Shown here: positions 15,257 to 21,812 of the stretch, piece after piece
Layout: the number at the start of each line of letters is the position of its first letter
Numbering within the stretch: position 1 is the first letter of the stretch
Source: a virus
DNA: 43,575 nucleotides
IMG/VR virus record: IMGVR_UViG_3300020215_000025
Direction: 5' to 3' (one strand)
Program-made: the position numbers and the translations under genes
The notes under the pieces: generated by a model
The model's database searches: none
Told to the model about the DNA's origin: nothing
The model's input: the letters and a program-made list of their open reading frames with translations, nothing else

Positions 15257-15271
15257 CGGAGGGAAGAGAGA

Positions 15272-15520
15272 ATGAGTGAAGCTATAAGGACAAACGATGT
15301 AACGGAAGAAATGAAGCAATTTAATATGGCCGCTGACACGCTTGGCGGGTTCTTCCAGATGATGCAGCCGAAGAGAACCGGTAAGATACTAATGGAGCGG
15401 TGCCGTTTCTATTCCCGTCTATTTGAGCTTTGTATGAAACACCTTGAGATGGAAGAACAAATATTATCGTTGGAGACGTCCTCAGTAGCGGTGGCTTTTA
15501 ACCAAAGAGGTAAGCAGTGA
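15272..15520 (+). CDS. Hypothetical protein (82 aa)
   Basis: ATG 15272 after GGAGGG; in frame with track ORF 15236..15520. Confidence 0.55.
   Translation: MSEAIRTNDVTEEMKQFNMAADTLGGFFQMMQPKRTGKILMERCRFYSRLFELCMKHLEMEEQILSLETSSVAVAFNQRGKQ
15490..15510 (+). repeat. Junction motif copy (inside coding sequence)
   Basis: GGTGGCTTTTAACCAAAGAGG read through as V-A-F-N-Q-R-G. Confidence 0.6.
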
Positions 15521-15690
15521 TTAAGTGTTGGGTTTGTGAGAATGCCAAGGATGTAGGGACTACATTCGTTGAGGAGAAGCGCCTCGCGTTCTGGAAAAGA
15601 GAATTGCGCCGCCGCCGGTTGTGCAAGAAAGATCGTAAGTTACTAAAACAAATATTGCAGGAAATCGAAGCAGTTAATCAAGGAGTTTAA
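15517..15690 (+). CDS. Small basic CxxC protein (57 aa, GTG start)
   Basis: GTGA coupling; VIKCWVCENAKD...RRRRLCKKDRK. Confidence 0.45.
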   Translation: MIKCWVCENAKDVGTTFVEEKRLAFWKRELRRRRLCKKDRKLLKQILQEIEAVNQGV

Positions 15691-15697
15691 AGAAGAT

Positions 15698-15952
15698 ATG
15701 AGTGAGTTGAAAGTAATAAAGGGAATTGATGCCATGAAGCGTGATTTTTGTAAGAGAAAAGGCATTTATCCAAACACGCTATTTGTTCCATTTGGGGCAC
15801 GGTATGAGTTTCTGTCGGAATTACAACCCATCGATTTGAACTTTAAAGCGTACAGATCGGTTCCAAGAGATCAGTTTATGGGGATGGATGTTGTTTTTAC
15901 GGTCAATGCCGCTGATATTGGCGTCGGCTATTGTGAATTTCTAACGGAATGA
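15698..15952 (+). CDS. Hypothetical protein (84 aa)
   Basis: Track ORF; AAGGAG upstream. Confidence 0.6.
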   Translation: MSELKVIKGIDAMKRDFCKRKGIYPNTLFVPFGARYEFLSELQPIDLNFKAYRSVPRDQFMGMDVVFTVNAADIGVGYCEFLTE

Positions 15953-15957
15953 AGTTC

Positions 15958-15977
15958 GGATGCTGTTAATCGAGAGG
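15958..15977 (+). repeat. Junction motif copy
   Basis: GGATGCTGTTAATCGAGAGG in a noncoding spacer. Confidence 0.6.
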
Positions 15978-15983
15978 TAAGCA

Positions 15984-16532
15984 ATGGGCAATGAGGAGAT
16001 AGAAAAGATAAAAGAAGATGTGTACAAAAATATGGATCGGTACGAAACCCACGATGATTGGGTTAAACCGGAATATTTGAACGCAGCCTTCAAGCTAGCT
16101 CAAGAGCTTGCTGTTAAAGACGCCCTGATAGCGGAGAAGGATAAGGAGCTTCAGCGCCTTAACTCAATAGTGGGCGGGATAAACGTAGAAAACCCATCGG
16201 CCATTGATCTATTGATCGACGCAATGAAGGAGCAGAAAAAGTATATTGGGCAGTTGAAAGCTGATCTTCAAAAGAAGGAGCAGGAGTTAGAGCAGGCGCA
16301 TAACGAGATTAGAGAATTAGCAACGCAACGCGACCGAGCGATGTCATATCTTGAAGAGGTGAATTTACAGGCAAAGAAAATCGCCGACCTGACCGCGAAG
16401 CTTGAGGCGGCGCAGCGTGCGCTTGAGAAAGTAGCCAAATCTGATTGCGAAGATTGCTTATCTGGAAATTACGCCAAAGACTTCCTTGCCTCCCTCTCCA
16501 AATCTGTGCCTGGAAAGGTTAAGGGCGAATGA
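15984..16532 (+). CDS. Coiled-coil protein (182 aa)
   Basis: Track ORF; long heptad-like K/E/L/Q stretch (KELQRLN...KADLQKKEQELEQAHNEIRELATQRDRA). Confidence 0.65.
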   Translation: MGNEEIEKIKEDVYKNMDRYETHDDWVKPEYLNAAFKLAQELAVKDALIAEKDKELQRLNSIVGGINVENPSAIDLLIDAMKEQKKYIGQLKADLQKKEQELEQAHNEIRELATQRDRAMSYLEEVNLQAKKIADLTAKLEAAQRALEKVAKSDCEDCLSGNYAKDFLASLSKSVPGKVKGE

Positions 16533-16651
16533 GTATTATCACTAAGCCGATTAAGTGTAAGCACGGAATAGAGCTAGCGTATTGGCCGTATAGTAATTGC
16601 GTCATGTGTGCGCTGGATGCTTTTAACCAAGGAACCAAGAGGGCAGGATAA
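16529..16651 (+). CDS. Small Cys-containing protein (40 aa)
   Basis: ATGA and TAATG coupling at its ends. Confidence 0.4.
   Translation: MSIITKPIKCKHGIELAYWPYSNCVMCALDAFNQGTKRAG
16615..16632 (+). repeat. Junction motif copy (inside coding sequence)
   Basis: GGATGCTTTTAACCAAGG read through as L-D-A-F-N-Q-G. Confidence 0.65.
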
Positions 16652-16818
16652 TGACCATTGAAACAGCAATAGCGTTAGGAAGCATCAAAGCTAATCTTTC
16701 GCAAATAGCAGGAAGCTTATCAGTTTTGGCTATTGTAGCCGTAGTCCATTTAGCCATAATGGTTGTACGCCTCGGCTTGCATATCAAAAACGTACTATAT
16801 CTACGAGACGGCATTTAA
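16651..16818 (+). CDS. Small membrane protein (55 aa)
   Basis: IAGSLSVLAIVAVVHLAIMVV hydrophobic core. Confidence 0.5.
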   Translation: MTIETAIALGSIKANLSQIAGSLSVLAIVAVVHLAIMVVRLGLHIKNVLYLRDGI

Positions 16819-16833
16819 CAAAGGGCAGGATAA

Positions 16834-16986
16834 ATGAGTGAGTATTACGACAGGGCGCTAATGCGAACGGTAAAGCTAAGAGAAGTAATGGGCCGTTATT
16901 ACGACGAGATGTTTGACGAATACGAAGTTGACCGCTACACCAATGAGGCGAAGCGAAAACAACCGGCTAAGGATGCCTTTAAATGA
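16834..16986 (+). CDS. Hypothetical protein (50 aa)
   Basis: SD AAGGGCAGG upstream; ATGA coupling to the next gene. Confidence 0.45.
   Translation: MSEYYDRALMRTVKLREVMGRYYDEMFDEYEVDRYTNEAKRKQPAKDAFK
16971..16985 (+). repeat. Junction motif copy
   Basis: GGATGCCTTTAAATG overlapping a stop and the next start. Confidence 0.55.
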
Positions 16987-17228
16987 TGGAATCAATTAAG
17001 AAGAGACTGAAAGCCGTAAAGAAAGAATACGAAGCGGCTTGGGCAGAGCCTGAAATAGTTGCAGATAGACACTTCGAGCGTTTAATCAAAGCCTTAGAAA
17101 CGGCTGTGGAGGCGCTTCAATTTACGCTCACAGACCCCTGTTCGCATATGCGAGACTCCGGTTTGGTGGCTGAAACCAAAAGGCAGTTAAAAGAAATTGA
17201 GCGCATCCTGAATGAAATCGAATCTTAA
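16983..17228 (+). CDS. Hypothetical helical protein (81 aa)
   Basis: Track ORF. Confidence 0.6.
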   Translation: MMESIKKRLKAVKKEYEAAWAEPEIVADRHFERLIKALETAVEALQFTLTDPCSHMRDSGLVAETKRQLKEIERILNEIES

Positions 17229-17667
17229 AGGTGTTTATTTTGTGAATGGGAAGTGGGCTGGAAGAATATTTAGAAATTATGAAAGCGTTCATGTTGGCTA
17301 CTACCCTACTCCAGAACTTGCGCAAGAGGCCAGAGTCAGGTGGAGTTTAAAACTATTTGGAAGCGTTGAGAAACCTAAACGGTGGTGCAAAATAGCAGAT
17401 CGCTGTAAAGAGTGTCGGAGTGATCGGGTTCGACATGGAGCGAATGGTTATTGTGAGAATTGCTGGAAGAGGCGCAAACGTTCAGAGATAAGACTTTCTG
17501 GAAAAGGACAGCCTAAGATTAAATGTAAGAGATATGTTTGTCAAAATAAATTCTATCAAGTTTTAAAGGAAACTTATTGTTCTCAATCATGCGCTACAAA
17601 AGATGTACGTTCAAGGAGAACGCTAGAAAATGCCAGGCGAAAAAACCCCCCATCTTTTCGTGTGTAA
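17212..17667 (+). CDS. AP2-domain DNA-binding protein with Cys-rich basic C-terminus (zero-frame product, 151 aa)
   Basis: KGVYFVNGKWAGRIFRNYESVHVGYYPTPELAQEARVRW fits the AP2 three-strand plus helix pattern; then CKECRSDRVRHGANGYCENCWKRRKR. Confidence 0.7.
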   Translation: MKSNLKGVYFVNGKWAGRIFRNYESVHVGYYPTPELAQEARVRWSLKLFGSVEKPKRWCKIADRCKECRSDRVRHGANGYCENCWKRRKRSEIRLSGKGQPKIKCKRYVCQNKFYQVLKETYCSQSCATKDVRSRRTLENARRKNPPSFRV

Positions 17668-17682
17668 AAAGTGTCGAGAAGA
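17640..17682 (+). promoter_or_regulatory. Candidate -1 programmed ribosomal frameshift signal
   Basis: A_AAA_AAC (17640-17646) in the zero frame of the AP2 gene, 6-nt spacer, 8-bp stem TCTTTTCG 17653-17660 / CGAGAAGA 17675-17682. Confidence 0.4.
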
Positions 17683-17837
17683 AAAAAGATTTCATATCAG
17701 GACAGGGACTTTCAGCAAATGCAGGTGTTCGAGGAAATGGAGAAGTGGTAAGCATTTATGGGAATGGCATTTCTCAAATAGAGTGTATTCGATTGAAACA
17801 AGAATGGATTTATAGGTTGCGCGCTTACGCGCGCTAA
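17640..17837 (+). other. -1 frame extension of the AP2 gene (about 64 extra codons) if frameshifting occurs
   Basis: The -1 frame stays open to TAA 17835-17837, shows G-rich first codon positions (about 37 percent by my count), and has no SD-led start of its own. Confidence 0.35.
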
Positions 17838-17865
17838 AAGCATAAACTGCATAAAAAGCAAAAGC
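17819..17865. promoter_or_regulatory. Composite element copy R1: GC hairpin plus AAAAGCATAAA-n-GCATAAAAA double box
   Basis: GCGCGC-ttac-GCGCGC 17819-17834, then AAAAGCATAAACTGCATAAAAAGCAAAAGC 17836-17865. Confidence 0.5.
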
Positions 17866-18072
17866 ATGGTTAATAAGGATGAACAGGTCGCGTTGTGGGT
17901 TGAGTGTTTAAAAATGAGATTTTCTGTTATGACTAACAGGGAAAAAAGATTTGCCAAAGGTGTTATAGATTTCTATGAGAATCAAGGATGGCTTTCAGAT
18001 AAACAGGCGAATGGGGCAAGAAAATTAGCCGTTCGTCTTATCTGTGAACGCGACCCATTTTTTCTTTACTAA
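17866..18072 (+). CDS. Hypothetical protein (68 aa) flanked by inverted copies of the double-box element
   Basis: Track ORF with good first-position G bias. Confidence 0.55.
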   Translation: MVNKDEQVALWVECLKMRFSVMTNREKRFAKGVIDFYENQGWLSDKQANGARKLAVRLICERDPFFLY

Positions 18073-18131
18073 CCGTTTTTAAGGTTTTTATGCCTTTTAT
18101 GCTTTTTGCCCTTGAGCGAAGCGAAAGGGCA
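18062..18131 (+). promoter_or_regulatory. Composite element copy R2 (opposite orientation to R1 and R3)
   Basis: TTCTTTACTAACCGTTTTTAAGGTTTTTATGCCTTTTATGCTTTTT 18062-18107, then hairpin TGCCCTT-11 nt-AAGGGCA 18107-18131. Confidence 0.5.
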
Positions 18132-18141
18132 TTAAGTTTGG

Positions 18142-18156
18142 TCGTCTGACAGACGA
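18142..18156. promoter_or_regulatory. 15-bp perfect palindrome (operator-like)
   Basis: TCGTCTG-A-CAGACGA, 25 nt upstream of ATG 18181. Confidence 0.4.
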
Positions 18157-18180
18157 TACTTTTGTACAACGAGGTGATTT

Positions 18181-18366
18181 ATGAGACAGCTAGGATTCGT
18201 ATTAGCGTTAGTTCTAATGAGCGGTTGTGCTCAAATAGGTTCAGGGGTTAGGGGTATATCTACTTTTGTTGCTGATAGGGCTTCAAACGCTTCTACGTCT
18301 ACTTCTTCTTATTCTCCCCCGCCATTACCGGACCCGAATGTTCAAAGAGTGAGGCTAGTAAACTAA
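18181..18366 (+). CDS. Small proline-rich lipoprotein (61 aa; o-spanin-like or exclusion lipoprotein)
   Basis: MRQLGFVLALVLMSGC lipobox-like signal; SSYSPPPLPDPN tail; SD GAGGTG upstream. Confidence 0.6.
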   Translation: MRQLGFVLALVLMSGCAQIGSGVRGISTFVADRASNASTSTSSYSPPPLPDPNVQRVRLVN

Positions 18367-18367
18367 A

Positions 18368-18529
18368 ATGGAACTTTCAGATGCTGTCAGAATTGCAATT
18401 GCTGTAGCGATATTTAGATACATACAGCACATTCTTGGTTCGGTTAAACGGAAGCAAGCTGAGCGTATGCGTAAAAATGCTAAGAATCTCGGCTTTACTA
18501 ATTTTGACTTGCCGCCTGAGAAACAATAA
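18368..18529 (+). CDS. Small N-terminally hydrophobic protein (53 aa)
   Basis: AVRIAIAVAIFRYIQHIL then a basic tail; 3' end overlaps the convergent 724-aa gene by about 32 nt. Confidence 0.4.
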   Translation: MELSDAVRIAIAVAIFRYIQHILGSVKRKQAERMRKNAKNLGFTNFDLPPEKQ

Positions 18530-20672
18530 CTTTTCCGAGTCTACTATTTATAAGTTCCGTAACAAGCTTGAGCGCTTCCGCTGAAGAATTGTATGCTCTC
18601 CCAGCTGTTTTTATTGTTCCTGTTGCTACCTTTGGTGATAGCGCTAAAGCGCCAACGCCTGACGCAAGAGCAAGGGGCGGGTTAGCAGCCAAAGAACCCG
18701 CTGCGCTTGCAACAGTTCCGAACTGAAGAGTCCTTCTTGTGGTGGATGGCGGAGTAAAAGATCTCGCTATATTCTGTTGCCTTACAAATTCCTGCTCGCT
18801 CTCTATTTGTGAAATGGTTCTCTCTAGCTTAGCCTTTTCAACAGTCCGCAGCTGATTAAGATTTCCTTGAAGGCGTTGCGCAACATCGAAGCGCTTAGCT
18901 CTCTGCGCCTGTTTAACCTGAAACTCTTTATGTCTTATTTCGTTGTTTAGGCGTATAAGGTTCTCATTCGCCTTCCTTTTGGCCATCTTCACATTTGCAG
19001 CCTTAATAGTTTCAGCTTGCGATAACTTTCTTGAAGCCTCGTAAGCTTTAGGTAACAATCTGTCTTCTGCTGGAAGAAGAGAGTCCGCCTTAGCGATCTG
19101 CTTAAGCGCAGTCTTATCCTGATTTCTTACGGCATTTAGGACTTTCTGAAAATCAGCTACTGGCTTTCCGGAAGCATCAAGACGGGTAAAATTTTTAATC
19201 GCTTCCTCGTATTTTGGAACAAGATCAGAGTATTGTGCATTAGCAGACTTAAGCATATTAATTTCAGCTCCGATGTTCTTACCCACTATATCATCTGCCA
19301 TATTGACTGGATTTAAAGCGCCGCTCAACTGGCGCATAATCTGGTTAGCTTGCGATTCGCCTGAGTATCCCATCTTTTGCCAAAGCTCTTTTTTCTTCTG
19401 CGCAAATCCGAGTGCGACGCCAGAAAAGTCAGTATTTGCCTTAATATCGTCAAGATTTTGCTGCAATATACGCATAGCTTCAGCATCTGCTGTACCTTGT
19501 CCAAACGCTGGCTCCACCTTTCCGCCAACAAGCTTATACCCGTTACGCTCTGCAACTTCCTTAAACTTGGATAGATATTTTGTCATGCCTATTCTTGAGA
19601 ACGGGTATTTATTAGTGATGTTCTCTACTGCCTGCCCAACTTGCTTGCCGTAGTTTTCCTTAATGGCCTCAACTTTAGTGAGCGTATTATTGAAGTCGTC
19701 AAGTAGTCCCGTATGGACTAAATCAACCGCGTTGTCGAAGGATTTACTAGCCTCCTGATGGACTCGTTCAACATCCATCTTTCCCTTATCCGCTAAACTT
19801 CTCTGGAGAGTTTTATTCTTATCCCTGAGAGCAAAGTATTCCCTATCAAGCTCTCCAGACAAGGCTGCTTTTTTCTCGGCATTCTGAACCTTAAGATCAC
19901 TTACTTTTGTATTGTATTCTAATTTTAGATTTTCGATCTTAGCGGCATTCTCTTTCTCAATAGCCTGCAAAGACGGTGTTTTCTGGAAAGGATTAAGATT
20001 GAATTTCCACGGATTCTTAACGAACTCTTCCGCAAACTTCTCATCTCCCGTAACTCCCTTAAGAAAAGCTTTCGCAGCTGACTTGCCCATACTCTTTCCA
20101 ATCTCAATAGCTTTTGGAACAGCCTCTGCCGCTATTCCTAATCCGATAGATGTTGTTGCCCCAGCCGAAAAAGCGTTTGCGGCCTCTGAGTATGAACTTG
20201 AATTTCTGAACTCGTTAATAGCGCTTTGAACACCAATGGTAATAGCGTCTCCTAATTGTCCAGTTGAGCGAATATCTCCAAACGCAGCTTTAAGAGCGGC
20301 TGGAACTTTAAGAGCGGACATTGCTTTTCCAGCAACAAGGAATTCTGCAACATCGCCCGGCATCTTGCCGATGGTTTGATAGGTTTCTTTAGCAAGTGGA
20401 CTGAGACGTGTTTCTGGTAGATTTTCAGCGCCTTGTCTTATAGGTTCTTCTAACGGAGTTCCGCGCAACATATCAGCGCTTTTTTCCTGAAAGCCTCTAA
20501 CCGTCTCAATGCCAGCTCCTACGAAAGCATCTTTAATATCCTCTCCAAGACTCGGCTTTGATTGAATGCTTGCAAAAGCTTCCTTGATCTGAGTTTCTGT
20601 TGGAGGCGTATCCCCTTTTGAGCTGAATTTAAGGCTATTCCCTTTTGAATCCTTAACAATGAAGTCTGTCAT
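18498..20672 (-). CDS. Large alpha-helical internal virion / ejection-type protein (724 aa)
   Basis: Last and largest gene of the late arm; A/K/E/Q-rich and helical; no enzymatic motif recognised. Confidence 0.5.
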   Translation of the reverse strand: MTDFIVKDSKGNSLKFSSKGDTPPTETQIKEAFASIQSKPSLGEDIKDAFVGAGIETVRGFQEKSADMLRGTPLEEPIRQGAENLPETRLSPLAKETYQTIGKMPGDVAEFLVAGKAMSALKVPAALKAAFGDIRSTGQLGDAITIGVQSAINEFRNSSSYSEAANAFSAGATTSIGLGIAAEAVPKAIEIGKSMGKSAAKAFLKGVTGDEKFAEEFVKNPWKFNLNPFQKTPSLQAIEKENAAKIENLKLEYNTKVSDLKVQNAEKKAALSGELDREYFALRDKNKTLQRSLADKGKMDVERVHQEASKSFDNAVDLVHTGLLDDFNNTLTKVEAIKENYGKQVGQAVENITNKYPFSRIGMTKYLSKFKEVAERNGYKLVGGKVEPAFGQGTADAEAMRILQQNLDDIKANTDFSGVALGFAQKKKELWQKMGYSGESQANQIMRQLSGALNPVNMADDIVGKNIGAEINMLKSANAQYSDLVPKYEEAIKNFTRLDASGKPVADFQKVLNAVRNQDKTALKQIAKADSLLPAEDRLLPKAYEASRKLSQAETIKAANVKMAKRKANENLIRLNNEIRHKEFQVKQAQRAKRFDVAQRLQGNLNQLRTVEKAKLERTISQIESEQEFVRQQNIARSFTPPSTTRRTLQFGTVASAAGSLAANPPLALASGVGALALSPKVATGTIKTAGRAYNSSAEALKLVTELINSRLGKVIVSQAASQN

Positions 20673-21811
20673 TATGCCCTCGTAACGGTAAATTCGCCAA
20701 CCTTGATAGTGGTCTTATCTTCTTTTTTAGACTCTAAATATTTTTTATTACCTTCATATCTTTGTCTAGCTTTTGCGATCATGGGAAAGCGCTTGTCATA
20801 ATTAGGGTCTTGAGCTTGTTCTTTGCGAACATCAAGACCTGCGAATACTTTTTCAAGTGTATCGCTATAGATCTGGATTTTTTCTGCGAAGGGTAGGTTA
20901 GTTTTACCGATTGCGCTTTTTGCCCTAAGCTGTTCGTCTTCATTTAGAGCGCCGCTATCTCCGCCGTATTTAACGAGGCCGCCAAGTGAACGGTCTATCG
21001 CACTGTTGAAGCGCGTTACAACGGGGTCGGCAGCAATCGCTTTAGCAACAGTATCTCCGCGAGCAATGATTTGATTAAAAATACCGCCTTTATAATCAGG
21101 AAGTTGCTCGGCAATTTCTTGAAATTTAAGCACATCGTTAATGACCGGCGTGATTGTGCGCGTATATTTATCTAGCTCTTTCCTTGCATCCCCAATGCGT
21201 TGAACGTTTTGTTCTCCGAATTGTTGACGAAATGCCGGGTCAATAGCTAAATCTTGCATTTGACCTGTCTGCCTATATCCTTGACCACTTGATGTGGAGA
21301 TGGGATCGCTTAGGTCATATTGTTGCTTTTGCTGATTTTGCGATAAAAGATTCAGCATTGAATAATCACCAGCAATCATAGCTTGATCTCTTGCGGCTTT
21401 AAGTATAAGACTTGCGCTTTTAGCAAGATCGCCAGGAGCTTGCCTCGCATCCTTATATTGTCTTCTCTGCTCCGCTCCCACATTATTCTGTAAATTCATG
21501 AGTTGAAGCGCGTTGTCGAATCCAAGCGACTGTTCTTGAGGAGCAAACGGCTTAAACCCGTTTCCCCTAATCGCTTGACCGAGCGCCGGAATAATCCCCT
21601 GCATCGTACCTTCAACCGGAACCTTCTGTTGAGCTACTTGATTCACACTTGAAAGCAAACTATTCAGAATCTCCTGCGGAGCCTGCCCTTGCTGGAGACG
21701 CTGCATCGTCTGCTGCTCAGTTGCTTTCTCCATAGTCTTGACGGCTTTCTCAGCGAGTCTGTCCTGCAAGCTTACCGGCTGTTTCTTTTCTGTTCTGGGA
21801 GTTGCGGCCAT
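20672..21811 (-). CDS. Internal virion-like protein (379 aa)
   Basis: ATG 21811 after GGAAAGAGGGGAG; Q-rich; the track ORF extends to 21835. Confidence 0.5.
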   Translation of the reverse strand: MAATPRTEKKQPVSLQDRLAEKAVKTMEKATEQQTMQRLQQGQAPQEILNSLLSSVNQVAQQKVPVEGTMQGIIPALGQAIRGNGFKPFAPQEQSLGFDNALQLMNLQNNVGAEQRRQYKDARQAPGDLAKSASLILKAARDQAMIAGDYSMLNLLSQNQQKQQYDLSDPISTSSGQGYRQTGQMQDLAIDPAFRQQFGEQNVQRIGDARKELDKYTRTITPVINDVLKFQEIAEQLPDYKGGIFNQIIARGDTVAKAIAADPVVTRFNSAIDRSLGGLVKYGGDSGALNEDEQLRAKSAIGKTNLPFAEKIQIYSDTLEKVFAGLDVRKEQAQDPNYDKRFPMIAKARQRYEGNKKYLESKKEDKTTIKVGEFTVTRA

Positions 21812-21812
21812 G

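Noticed and set aside
12161-16985. CRISPR-like array suggested by a recurring ~18-bp motif
   Set aside because: Copies are degenerate, irregularly spaced (about 110-1100 bp), and separated by or embedded in protein-coding genes. No cas genes other than the TnpB-like ORF are present. This is not a CRISPR array.
17390-17470. HNH endonuclease motif in the AP2 protein (CKECRSDRVRHGANGYCENC), since AP2 domains often accompany HNH homing nucleases
   Set aside because: The spacing between the Cys pairs and the His/Asn is far too short for a beta-beta-alpha-Me HNH core. It is more likely a simple zinc ribbon.
17630-17815. Independent 61-aa ORF (MPGEKTPHLFVCKKCREEK...) with AAGGAG 12 nt upstream
   Set aside because: It has low first-codon-position G (about 17 percent) and an R/K/C/W/S-rich composition typical of an off-frame read. 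The overlapping -1 frame looks more coding-like. It remains a possible alternative to the frameshift model.
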